Source of the DNA: Prochlorococcus sp. AG-355-B18
GTDB taxonomy: Bacteria; Cyanobacteriota; Cyanobacteriia; PCC-6307; Cyanobiaceae
Reading direction: 5' to 3'
Assembly: GCA_003280965.1 (NCBI GenBank)
Contig: QCDI01000004.1
Location: forward strand, 32,001 to 96,000
DNA: 64,000 bases
The position numbers and the translations under genes were made by a program. The stretch's first letter is position 1. Every line of letters begins with the position of its first letter. The notes under the pieces were generated by a model, which ran no database searches, had not been told where the DNA came from, and worked only from the letters and a program-made list of their open reading frames with translations. Positions 54,886-64,000 of the stretch are shown one piece after another.

Positions 54886-55836
54886 ATGGCAAATCTTAAA
54901 GAGATTAGAGATCGAATCGTTTCTGTTAAAAATACAAGAAAAATAACGGAGGCCATGAGACTTGTTGCAGCTGCAAAAGTTAGGAGAGCTCAAGATCAAG
55001 TTCTTAAGAGTCGACCTTTTGCAGATAAACTTGCACGGGTCTTAGAAAATATTCAATCTAGAGTACAATTTGATGCTGTAGATTCTCCTCTATTATCCAA
55101 TAGAGAAGTAAAGAGCATCAGCTTGGTTTGCATAACTGCCGATAGAGGTTTATGCGGTGGTTACAACACAAATATAATAAAAAAGGTAGAAATAAGATAC
55201 GCAGAATTAGTCAAACAAGGGTATCAGCCAAATTTAATTTTGGTAGGGAAGAAAGCTATTGGATATTTTCAAAATAGAAAGGACAGATATGTAATTAAAA
55301 GTACTTTCAAAGAACTAGAACAGGTACCCACAGTCAAGGACTCAGAAGGAGTTACAAATGAAATTTTAGCTGAATTTCTTTCGGAAAATTCTGATAGGGT
55401 GGAAATTATTTACACGAAATTCATCACTCTAGTTAGCTGCGCCCCTGTAGTTCAAACACTACTGCCACTTGACCCTCAAGGAATTGCTGAGGAAAACGAT
55501 GAAATTTTTAGGTTGACTACAAAAGATAGTAAGTTACGTGTTGAAAAATCAAATATTGAAAAAAGTGATTCAGAGAAGTTGCCATCAGATATTGTTTTTG
55601 AACAAAGTCCTGATCAACTATTAGATTCGCTATTACCCTTATATCTACAGAATCAGGTACTAAGAGCTCTTCAAGAGTCCGCAGCTTCAGAACTTGCCTG
55701 TAGGATGACGGCGATGAATAATGCTAGTGATAATGCTAAAGAATTAGCAAGTACTTTGAATCTAACCTATAACAAAGCCAGACAAGCAGCTATTACTCAA
55801 GAAATTTTAGAAGTTGTAGGAGGTTCAGCAGTTTAG
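54886..55836 (+). CDS. atpG: ATP synthase F1 subunit gamma
   Basis: KITEAMRLVAAAK, DRGLCG and RQAAITQEILEVVGG. Confidence 0.99.
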   Translation: MANLKEIRDRIVSVKNTRKITEAMRLVAAAKVRRAQDQVLKSRPFADKLARVLENIQSRVQFDAVDSPLLSNREVKSISLVCITADRGLCGGYNTNIIKKVEIRYAELVKQGYQPNLILVGKKAIGYFQNRKDRYVIKSTFKELEQVPTVKDSEGVTNEILAEFLSENSDRVEIIYTKFITLVSCAPVVQTLLPLDPQGIAEENDEIFRLTTKDSKLRVEKSNIEKSDSEKLPSDIVFEQSPDQLLDSLLPLYLQNQVLRALQESAASELACRMTAMNNASDNAKELASTLNLTYNKARQAAITQEILEVVGGSAV

Positions 55837-55852
55837 CAAAAAGATTTAGGAT

Positions 55853-56179
55853 ATGCCTGAATACAATATCAAAGTTCAATTTGAGCAAAAGACTTTTAGT
55901 TTTTTATGTTCTGAAGATCAAGATATTATTTCAGCGGCAAAAATGAATGGAATAGACTTACCAAGTAGTTGTTGTTCAGGAGTTTGTACAGATTGTGCAT
56001 CCATGATATTGGAAGGATCTGTAGATCAAGAAGATGCTATGGGATTAAATGATGACTTGAGGGAAAAGGGCTTTGCACTTTTATGTGTGGCATATCCCAA
56101 GTCAGATTTGAATATTGTTATTGGTAAAGAAGTCGAAGATGATTTATATAATGATCAATTTGGTAAATATCAAAAATGA
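55853..56179 (+). CDS. 2Fe-2S ferredoxin with short C-terminal extension (non-PetF type)
   Basis: LPSSCCSGVCTDC...LLCVAYP.SD, plus tail EDDLYNDQFGKYQK. Confidence 0.92.
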   Translation: MPEYNIKVQFEQKTFSFLCSEDQDIISAAKMNGIDLPSSCCSGVCTDCASMILEGSVDQEDAMGLNDDLREKGFALLCVAYPKSDLNIVIGKEVEDDLYNDQFGKYQK

Positions 56180-56367
56180 AATTAAGTTCAGTTGATTATT
56201 ATTTAGATTGGCCAGTCTCAATAAAATTAAAAAATTTAAGAGAATTTATCATTGCAAATTTAGAAAAAAAAGGTGATTTAATTCGATGGTCAATTGTTGA
56301 TATTCAAAATTCTATTGACTCTTTTGGAACAAAAAAACTTAAAATTAAAGCTGTCTTAGCTAATTAA
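56176..56367 (+). CDS. small conserved hypothetical protein
   Basis: 63-aa ORF coupled to the ferredoxin by an ATGA overlap; L...G..IRW.I core. Confidence 0.7.
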   Translation: MKLSSVDYYLDWPVSIKLKNLREFIIANLEKKGDLIRWSIVDIQNSIDSFGTKKLKIKAVLAN

Positions 56368-56394
56368 AAAATATAAATTTAAATATTTTTAATA

Positions 56395-57453
56395 ATGGAA
56401 AATTCACCAACAATATTCATTGTTCCAACTGGTATTGGTTGTCAAGTAGGAGGTTTCGCTGGGGATGCACTTCCTACCGCTAAACTATTAGCATCGGCAA
56501 GTGAATGTTTAATTACTCATCCAAATGTTATGAATGGCGGTACTCTTTCTGAAAAAGATAAAAATATTTTTTATGTTGAGGGTTATAGTTTAGACCGACT
56601 TGCTAAAGGAGAAATCGCTTTAAAAAGGGTAAAGCAACAGAAAATTGGGATAATTTTTGATTCAGCCATTGAAAAAGAAATATTAGTGAGACATTTACAA
56701 GTTGCTGATGCATGTGTTTCAACTTTAGGGATTAATGTTCATTCTTATGTGATCACAAAAAAGCCATTAAACATAGTTATTGATTCTGATTCTTCAAAAA
56801 TCAGTGATGGCATAATTGAAAATCCTGATTCTCTAATTGATGCTGGAAAATGTTTAATAGAAAAAGGAGTTACGGCAATAGCAATTGTGGCAAAATTTCC
56901 AGATTTTTCAGATTCTCTAGAAACAAATATCTATCGAGAAGGGAAAGGGGTTGATCCTATTTCTGGAGTCGAAGCAGTCATAAGTCATTTAATTAGCAAA
57001 TTTTTAAAAGTGCCCTGTGCTCACGCACCTGCTTTAAATCCAATTGAATTGAATGAAAATTTAGATCCTCGTGCAGCTGCAGAAGAAATAGGATTTACCT
57101 TTTTACCCTCAGTACTGATTGGGTTAAGCAATGCACCTGACATTGTTGAATTGCCCGCTAAAAATGAATTAATCTCACTACACCCAGATCAGATTGAATC
57201 TATTGTTGTTCCTAATGGGGCACTAGGGGGAGAAGCAGTACTAGCAGGGATTGAAAAAGGGTTAAATATTATCTCTGTAAAAAATCAAAATACATTAAAA
57301 GTGACAAATGAGTTTTATGATTATCCTAATCTTCTTGAAGTGGATAATTATTTAGAAGCTGCAGGCATAATTCTTGCTATTAAAAAAGGAATCAACCTTG
57401 ATTCAGTTAAACGGCCTTTAAAAAAAATACAACAGTGTTCTTATAGTGATTAA
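56395..57453 (+). CDS. DUF3326-family protein
   Basis: IVPTGIGC.VGGFAGDA, ITHPNVMNG, YVEGYSLD, GVDPISGVEAVISH, PCAHAP and DPRAAAEE. Confidence 0.82.
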   Translation: MENSPTIFIVPTGIGCQVGGFAGDALPTAKLLASASECLITHPNVMNGGTLSEKDKNIFYVEGYSLDRLAKGEIALKRVKQQKIGIIFDSAIEKEILVRHLQVADACVSTLGINVHSYVITKKPLNIVIDSDSSKISDGIIENPDSLIDAGKCLIEKGVTAIAIVAKFPDFSDSLETNIYREGKGVDPISGVEAVISHLISKFLKVPCAHAPALNPIELNENLDPRAAAEEIGFTFLPSVLIGLSNAPDIVELPAKNELISLHPDQIESIVVPNGALGGEAVLAGIEKGLNIISVKNQNTLKVTNEFYDYPNLLEVDNYLEAAGIILAIKKGINLDSVKRPLKKIQQCSYSD

Positions 57454-59147
57454 TAAGATATTGCTATAGGAACTCTCCAGTCACTTCCTAATGATTGACT
57501 GCTTAGTTTTAGGATTGGAGGAGCCTGCTTTCTTTTAAATTCCGCTTTTTTTATAAGTGATAATATTTTTAAAATTAAATCTTTTTTATAACCATCTTCT
57601 TCTAGTTGTAATAAATCTTTTTTCTCTTCAATAATTCCTTTAAGAATATTATCTAGAATTGAATAGGGTGGGAGAGAATCAGTATCTAATTGATCAGGAC
57701 CTAATTCGGCACTTGGAGCTTTCGTCAGTATATTTTCTCCAATTAAATCTACACTTGTATCTAACATATATGATTTTCTATGATTAATTGAATCTTCGCT
57801 ATCAAGCCAATTGCATAATTTAAAAACATTAGTTTTATATAAATCCCCAATTACCGATAATCCCCCATTCATATCACCATAAAGTGTGCAATATCCTACA
57901 GCTAGCTCTGATTTATTTCCTGTTGAAAGTAATAAATGCTTTTCTTGATTTGCTAAAGCCATCAGAAGCGTTCCTCTGATTCTTGATTGAATATTTTGAT
58001 TTGTTATCTCAGCCATCTCGAAAGATATGGTATTTATAAAAGATTCTTCAAAAGAGCTCATCAAATTTTCAATTGGGATGCTATTGAAATTTATTTTTAA
58101 TCTGCTCGCTAAATCTTTCGCATCACTTTTTGAATGGGGGGAGCTCCATTTGGAGGGCATAGAGACACAATAAATATTTTTGCTACCAAGAGCTGCCGTC
58201 GCAATCGCTGATACAAGTGCTGAATCAATACCACCACTTAGTCCAATTAAAGCTGTTTTAAAACCGCATTTTTGAGCATAATCTTTAACACCAAGGACTA
58301 ATGCATCAAAAATTGATGACATCTCAGACTTCTCAAATTTATTTTTTTGAGGTTTTGTTTTCTTAATGTCCCAACTGGAGAAGTCTTCTGAAAAAGATTT
58401 TAATTGTTTAATTTTAGATCCATTCTTATCAAGAATAAAACTATTTCCATCAAAAATTAAATTATCATTTGCTCCAATCTGGTTTACATATATCAGCGGT
58501 ACTTGAAGATATTGAGCAGCAAAACTGGAAACTTTGGATCTTAGCTCTAACTTTTTAAAGGTATATGGGGAGGCCGATAAGTTCACTAAAATATCAACTT
58601 TTTTTTTCTTTAACTCAAAAATAGGATTCTCTTTATGAATTCCTCTCCCTTCTATATTTTTGTTGACCCATAAATCCTCACATATAGTAAAGCCAAGTCG
58701 CCAAGTTTTATTATTAATTTCTTTTGTTAATACGGAAACTTTTTCTTCTGATCTAAAGTATCTTTTCTCATCAAATACTTCATAGGTGGGAAGAATAATT
58801 TTACGAGCAATTATTTTCCACTCACCGTGCTCAAGCAATGCAACAGAATTATAAAGATTTGGGAAAAAAGAATCATTTATTATCTCAGCTATCCCTACTG
58901 TGATACTCAAGTTTCCATGTTTTTTATAAATATCTAAGGCTAATTGGTCAAGAATTTGATATTGATTTTTGATTAAATTTTTTTTAAGAAGTAGGTCGTT
59001 TGCTGGATATCCCCATAGTGATAATTCTGGAGTAAGAACTAAATCAGCAGAATTTGAGCTAGCTTTCGAAGCAGTACAAAGAATTTTTTTTGCATTACCC
59101 TCTAAATCACCAACAACTGGATTAATTTGAGCAAGTAAAAACTTCAT
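57450..59147 (-). CDS. nadE: glutamine-dependent NAD+ synthetase
   Basis: N-terminal nitrilase-like domain (PELSLWGY, K, TICEDLW) plus GLSGGIDS, NKSE and APSAEL.P.Q.D. Confidence 0.97.
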   Translation of the reverse strand: MKFLLAQINPVVGDLEGNAKKILCTASKASSNSADLVLTPELSLWGYPANDLLLKKNLIKNQYQILDQLALDIYKKHGNLSITVGIAEIINDSFFPNLYNSVALLEHGEWKIIARKIILPTYEVFDEKRYFRSEEKVSVLTKEINNKTWRLGFTICEDLWVNKNIEGRGIHKENPIFELKKKKVDILVNLSASPYTFKKLELRSKVSSFAAQYLQVPLIYVNQIGANDNLIFDGNSFILDKNGSKIKQLKSFSEDFSSWDIKKTKPQKNKFEKSEMSSIFDALVLGVKDYAQKCGFKTALIGLSGGIDSALVSAIATAALGSKNIYCVSMPSKWSSPHSKSDAKDLASRLKINFNSIPIENLMSSFEESFINTISFEMAEITNQNIQSRIRGTLLMALANQEKHLLLSTGNKSELAVGYCTLYGDMNGGLSVIGDLYKTNVFKLCNWLDSEDSINHRKSYMLDTSVDLIGENILTKAPSAELGPDQLDTDSLPPYSILDNILKGIIEEKKDLLQLEEDGYKKDLILKILSLIKKAEFKRKQAPPILKLSSQSLGSDWRVPIAISY

Positions 59148-59722
59148 TCAACTAATTTAGTGGATTCATATAAATTATTCTTTTTAACAATATCTATTAA
59201 TGAAGTTGGTAAATTAGAATAATTAAAATTTGATCTGAGCTTAGAACTTGAAATGTTTGGGACTTTTATGGTTGAAATCTTAAATTTCACTTTATAAGTT
59301 TCTAACATTTTAAGAGTATTTGATTCTATAGGATATCCCTCTCTTAAAATTACTAAAAAACTAACCTCATTAGTAATTTTATCAAAATTTTTCCAGTAGA
59401 AAATATCTTTAATTAAATCGCTCCCAATTACAAAATCTAAATTATTTAATTCATAAATTCTTTTACATTTTTTAATTGACTCTACTGCCCACTGGCTACT
59501 AACACTTTGATTAAATAAAATTTTAGGATTATCTAAACCATCAATTAAAGTTTTTAACAAATGGCTACGAATTGAGATATCCTCTTTGTGTTTTTTGTTG
59601 GGGTTGTTACTGACATAACCAATTGTAAAAGCATATATTTTGGATAATTCTTCAAGTATTTTTAAATGTCCAATGGTAGGTGGATCTGCACTGGTACCAA
59701 ATAATGCAATGCTTTTTCCCAT
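59144..59722 (-). CDS. nadD: nicotinate-nucleotide adenylyltransferase
   Basis: LFGTSADPPTIGH, VIGSD and ISSS..R; ATGA overlap with nadE. Confidence 0.92.
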   Translation of the reverse strand: MGKSIALFGTSADPPTIGHLKILEELSKIYAFTIGYVSNNPNKKHKEDISIRSHLLKTLIDGLDNPKILFNQSVSSQWAVESIKKCKRIYELNNLDFVIGSDLIKDIFYWKNFDKITNEVSFLVILREGYPIESNTLKMLETYKVKFKISTIKVPNISSSKLRSNFNYSNLPTSLIDIVKKNNLYESTKLVE

Positions 59723-59729
59723 TTAAGTT

Positions 59730-60971
59730 TTAAGGCAGAATTCTAACAAAATTATTATTTAAATTTCTATTTGAAAAATAAATATTTATGTGGTTAAAAA
59801 TATCTGGGTCATTAAAAGTCATATTTTTGATAATAATAGCGGGTTCTATAAAAGAAGCTTTGCTTCTTGTAAATATCTCTTTTGCTGCTAATTTCCCCAG
59901 GATTTTTGTAGAATGCACTGCGATTGCTGCTTGAATAATTGCTATGGGTCCATAGGGTAATAATGAGAGCCCATTAGTGAAAGGTGCCGATAATAAAATT
60001 ACTTTCTTAATAAGGTTTAAAGAGGTATTGACGCCGATTTGAGTAACTCCCAAGTAAAAATTATTAATGGATATATTTTTAAATAGTTTTCTTGTAGATT
60101 CACCTTTCAATGTTAAGCCGTAAATCTTACTTAATTCGCTAATCAATGCAGTATCAAGTACGAAACTACCAGCAACATCAAATAAAATAAAAGGATTAAG
60201 AGCTACTGCGGATGCCTTTATAGTCGAAAATTTACCAATAGTTGATTGAGCTAATTTCTGCCTTCTTTTCAGTCTTTGCTCTTTTATCTGCAAAAACAAT
60301 TTGTCAGCTAGTTGAATTGAATTAAGTGTTAAAAATATCTCACCATATTGATTTATTATTTTTGTTAGATAATTTTTAAGATTTATTCCATTGTTTAGAA
60401 TTATTGGAATATTTAAGTCTTTTGGAAGCTTAGATTTGATATTTTCCTTAATTTCTTTTAAGTCATTTTTATTAAAAAGATCGATTTTATTCAAAATTAT
60501 TATTATTTTTTTCCCATCTTTAATTAAAGAGCTGATTTTGTTTAATTCATTTCTATTTATATCTCCTGCAACTACAAATAAGATAAGATCTGAATGATTT
60601 ATACGAGAGTATATTTTTTCTGGGAATTTAATATTGCAAAAATCAAATCCCGGGGAATCTAGCAACTCTATACTATTTAGTGTTTGATTTTTTAGGGTCC
60701 AAACTTCTGATTGTATTTCTTTTGTAGAGCCGTTTATAATATTCGTTTTAAAAATGTCTTTATCTAATAAAGAATTTAAAACAGAGGATTTCCCAACTCC
60801 TGATTTACCATATGTGCCAATTCTTATTTGTTTTTCTTTGAGCCTAAAAAGTTGTTGATTAAAAGAAATTATTTCTCTATTAAAAAAACTTTTTTCATAG
60901 TTGGTAAGATCTATACTCTCCCACCAATTTTTTAAAAGTAAATAATTTTTATTAATTCTCAACTGTTTCAT
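59730..60971 (-). CDS. Era-like GTPase with C-terminal DUF697-like domain
   Basis: G1 GKSGVGKSS, G3 DSPG and G4 NKID; C-terminal A.NP...D.....D..LI..LS..YG pattern. Confidence 0.8.
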   Translation of the reverse strand: MKQLRINKNYLLLKNWWESIDLTNYEKSFFNREIISFNQQLFRLKEKQIRIGTYGKSGVGKSSVLNSLLDKDIFKTNIINGSTKEIQSEVWTLKNQTLNSIELLDSPGFDFCNIKFPEKIYSRINHSDLILFVVAGDINRNELNKISSLIKDGKKIIIILNKIDLFNKNDLKEIKENIKSKLPKDLNIPIILNNGINLKNYLTKIINQYGEIFLTLNSIQLADKLFLQIKEQRLKRRQKLAQSTIGKFSTIKASAVALNPFILFDVAGSFVLDTALISELSKIYGLTLKGESTRKLFKNISINNFYLGVTQIGVNTSLNLIKKVILLSAPFTNGLSLLPYGPIAIIQAAIAVHSTKILGKLAAKEIFTRSKASFIEPAIIIKNMTFNDPDIFNHINIYFSNRNLNNNFVRILP

Positions 60972-60974
60972 AAT

Positions 60975-61952
60975 TTATTTTTTCCACCAACCAGCTAATA
61001 CAGATAAAACATCTTCTGCACCAATAATTCCCACGAATCCTCCAAATTCATCTACTACTACTTTCACTCCTTTATGATTCTTGTCAAATCTTGTTAATAA
61101 TTGATCCGCCCTAATCATTTCAGGAATGTATTCCACAGGTTCGCAAATTTCTGATAATAATTTTTTATTTCCCCCCTTAATTAATTCTGATAGTATATTT
61201 TCACGCTTGACTATGCCATGAATTTTATCAACTTTATCACCTAAAATAACCCACCATTGTGAATTATCTGACATTATTAGTTTTGAAATTTCTTCAAGAT
61301 TTGAAGACCCATCAAGACAAGGTGCCGATACCCTGGGGATCATTAAATCTTTAGCTTTTAAATCATTTAATTGAAAAACCTTAAATATCATTGCTGCTTC
61401 ATCGGCTTCTATTAAACCTTTCTGACTCCCAATTTTTGCCATTTGTCTAATTTCCTCTTCATCAGTTGAAATTTCATTTTCTGCAGTAATAACTGGAAAT
61501 ATTTGTTCGATTAGTATTAAGAATGGCCTCATTAAACTATTTAATATTCTCAGTATGGGAACGGATAATAATGCTATTTGTACTGAAAATCTTGTTCCAA
61601 GAGCTTTTGGCAGTACTTCTCCAACTAATACAACTAATATATAAAAAGCAATCGAAAACAGAGTTAAGCCATAACTATTATTAATTACTAATGCTCCATA
61701 TACCCCCAAAATAAGGCTTCCAATTATGTTAAATCCATTATTAGTAATTGTAATGACAGTTAATGTTCTCCCAAGATGTTTCCTAAGTTTAAGAAGTTGA
61801 TTGGCAGTACTTTTTGGCTTTTGTTTTGAGGCTATTTCTAAAATTCTAATTGAATTTACAGCTAAAAAAGCTGCTTCTACTCCCGAACAACATGCTGACC
61901 CAATTAAAATAAGAATAATAAGAAAAACTAAACCGTAAACACTTGGTTCCAT
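60975..61952 (-). CDS. CNNM (DUF21) plus CBS-domain membrane protein (CorB/HlyC family)
   Basis: SA.CSGVEAAF, GEVLPKA, DLMIPR and VVDEFGG..GI...ED. Confidence 0.9.
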   Translation of the reverse strand: MEPSVYGLVFLIILILIGSACCSGVEAAFLAVNSIRILEIASKQKPKSTANQLLKLRKHLGRTLTVITITNNGFNIIGSLILGVYGALVINNSYGLTLFSIAFYILVVLVGEVLPKALGTRFSVQIALLSVPILRILNSLMRPFLILIEQIFPVITAENEISTDEEEIRQMAKIGSQKGLIEADEAAMIFKVFQLNDLKAKDLMIPRVSAPCLDGSSNLEEISKLIMSDNSQWWVILGDKVDKIHGIVKRENILSELIKGGNKKLLSEICEPVEYIPEMIRADQLLTRFDKNHKGVKVVVDEFGGFVGIIGAEDVLSVLAGWWKK

Positions 61953-62026
61953 TAAAATAGATAAAATATTAAATCTGTTTTAATTCATTCTTCCATTTTT
62001 TTTTAAAACACGCCAATACACAATTT

Positions 62027-63352
62027 ATGTTTAAAACTAATAATAAGGTTTTTGAAGAAAGAAGAGAAATTTTCCTAGACAAGTTAGATGGAAAAGCTGC
62101 TATTATTCCTGGAGCTAAGCTTGTAAAGCATCATGCAGATTGCGAGTATCCTTTTAGGCAAGATAGTAATTTTTGGTATTTGACAGGTTTTGATGAGCCT
62201 GATGCAATTGCTCTTTTTTTATCTCATAAGCCAAAGGGAGAGAGATTTATTTTGTTTGTTGCTCCTAAAGATGTTATTAGTGAAGTTTGGCAAGGCTTTA
62301 GATGGGGTTTAGAAGGTGCTGAAAAAGAGTTTAAGGCTGATAAGGCTCATTCAATAAATGAAATTAGGGATTTGCTTCCTGGTTATCTAAATGGCGCTGA
62401 CGAACTTGTTTTTTCGATTGGTAAGCATCCATCTATCGAGAAAATTGTACTCGAGATATTTACGCAACAACTAGAAAATCGCTCAAGATTAGGGATTGGT
62501 GCTAATTCTATTAAATCCCCAGAAATTTATTTAAATGAGATGAGAATAATTAAAAGTGAATTTGAAATTAAGAGAATGAGAGAGGCTATACAAATTTCAG
62601 CAGAGGCTCATGAATTAGTTAGAGAATCTATTAAATCCAAGAACAATGAAAGACAGATTCAGGGTATTTTAGAGGGGTTCTTTTTGGAAAAAGGGGCAAG
62701 AGGACCTGCATATAATTCTATTGTAGCCTCAGGAGATAATGCATGCATTTTGCACTACACTTCAAATAACTCGCCATTGAATAAAGGGGAGTTATTATTG
62801 GTAGATGCTGGCTGTTCATTAACTGATTATTACAATGGAGACATAACCCGAACTATCCCAATAGGAGGGAAATTTTCTGATGAGCAAAAAGTTATCTATG
62901 AAATTGTATTGAGTGCTCAGAAAACTGCTATTCAAAGTGCCATCATTGGATCCAATTCTAGTACTGTGCATAATGTAGCTTTGACAATTCTTGTTGAGGG
63001 ATTAAAAGAAATTGGTTTATTGTCTGGCAGTACTGAAGAAATAATTGAAAACCAATCCTATAAACATCTTTACATGCATAGAACAGGGCATTGGCTTGGC
63101 TTAGATGTTCATGATGTTGGGGCATATAGAATGGGAGATTATGAAGTACCATTAAAAAATGGAATGATTCTTACTGTAGAACCTGGCATTTATATAAGTG
63201 ATAGGATCCCAGTACCTGCAGGACAACCTCACATTGATGAAAAATGGAAAGGCATTGGAATAAGAATTGAGGACGATGTTCTAGTTAAAGATACAAATCC
63301 AGAAATCCTGAGTATTGCTGCACTTAAAGAAATTTCCGATTTAGAATTTTAA
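62027..63352 (+). CDS. pepP: Xaa-Pro aminopeptidase
   Basis: FRQDSNFWYLTG, LHY, DAG, DITRT, H.TGHWLGLDVHD, TVEPGIY and GIRIEDD. Confidence 0.96.
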   Translation: MFKTNNKVFEERREIFLDKLDGKAAIIPGAKLVKHHADCEYPFRQDSNFWYLTGFDEPDAIALFLSHKPKGERFILFVAPKDVISEVWQGFRWGLEGAEKEFKADKAHSINEIRDLLPGYLNGADELVFSIGKHPSIEKIVLEIFTQQLENRSRLGIGANSIKSPEIYLNEMRIIKSEFEIKRMREAIQISAEAHELVRESIKSKNNERQIQGILEGFFLEKGARGPAYNSIVASGDNACILHYTSNNSPLNKGELLLVDAGCSLTDYYNGDITRTIPIGGKFSDEQKVIYEIVLSAQKTAIQSAIIGSNSSTVHNVALTILVEGLKEIGLLSGSTEEIIENQSYKHLYMHRTGHWLGLDVHDVGAYRMGDYEVPLKNGMILTVEPGIYISDRIPVPAGQPHIDEKWKGIGIRIEDDVLVKDTNPEILSIAALKEISDLEF

Positions 63353-63406
63353 AATTTGACTTATCTAGTTAATAGATTTATTTTTTATAAAGCTTAAATT
63401 TCAAAA

Positions 63407-63565
63407 ATGGTTAAATCAAATTCATATGATACGAAACTTTCTCAAGCAAGGGGTTTGGCTAGTCAACTTGGAATGTTTGCAGAAGAGAACGATATCCCTA
63501 AGGATCTATGGGATTCATTGGAAGCTACAATTTATGATTTTTATCAAGTTTCACATGACAGATAA
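63407..63565 (+). CDS. 52-aa hypothetical protein
   Basis: Not in the ORF track. MVKSNSYDTKLSQARGLASQLGMFAEENDIPKDLWDSLEATIYDFYQVSHDR; ATG start, coding-like composition between AT-rich flanks. Confidence 0.65.
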   Translation: MVKSNSYDTKLSQARGLASQLGMFAEENDIPKDLWDSLEATIYDFYQVSHDR

Positions 63566-63670
63566 AATTCGATTTAGAAACTATCAATAAATAAAATCAA
63601 GAAATTTTTGATAAATTAATCAAAATGTGACCATAAACTGATAAATTATTACTTAAACATATATAAGTGA

Positions 63671-64000
63671 ATGACCTCATCAGATAAGTTAAATCAAAAT
63701 TCAATAGAAAAAAAAAGTGGTCACCCTAAATCTAAAAATTCCTCTCCTAATACAGGAATGATGGGTGCTACAGCTGTATTAGCTGCTGCCACAATTGATG
63801 AAGATGGAGTCCCCACTGGTTATACCCCTAAGCCAGATGAAGGAAGGTTCATAATTAAAGTATTGTGGTTACCCGATAATGTAGCTTTAGCTGTTGATCA
63901 AATAGTAGGGGGAGGACCAAGCCCACTTACTGCTTATTATTTTTGGCCAAGAGATGATGCATGGGAAAAATTAAAAAGCGAACTAGAGAATAAAGGTTGG
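63671..64000 (+). CDS. ycf65: 30S ribosomal protein PSRP-3 / Ycf65, truncated by window end
   Basis: Frame open to the window end: ...[52 protein letters not shown]. The exact start is uncertain (ATG 63671 or an in-frame ATG downstream). Confidence 0.88.
   Translation, partial: MTSSDKLNQNSIEKKSGHPKSKNSSPNTGMMGATAVLAAATIDEDGVPTGYTPKPDEGRFIIKVLWLPDNVALAVDQIVGGGPSPLTAYYFWPRDDAWEKLKSELENKGW

Overview
AT-rich, gene-dense core-genome segment of a marine picocyanobacterium, most likely a high-light-adapted Prochlorococcus. This is inferred from the split rpoB-rpoC1-rpoC2, an hli gene, PSRP-3, the cyanobacterial atp operon with the ATPC RNA motif, and very short or overlapping intergenic spacers. 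It carries pheA, rne-rnhB, dapL-clpS, tRNA-Thr(CGT), rimP-nusA-ylxR-infB, rpiA, hisD, rpsT-tatD-rpoBC1C2, rlmN, a DUF2997-DUF1257-ferredoxin operon, bioF-bioK-bioC-bioD-bioA, a Ski2-like helicase, purB-fumC, glnB, queF, ccdA-ccsB, ftsW, the large ATP synthase operon, nadD-nadE and pepP. I see no integrase, transposase, prophage, CRISPR array or defence island. The points most worth following up are small: three short ORFs missing from the ORF track, an ATPC RNA with mutually exclusive alternative pairings, a structured ~230-nt rne leader, an NtcA-like box ahead of an unknown ORF that precedes glnB, two ferredoxin-plus-unknown-protein modules, and a recent 111-bp duplication in infB. All family assignments come from motif recognition and recall; no database searches were run.
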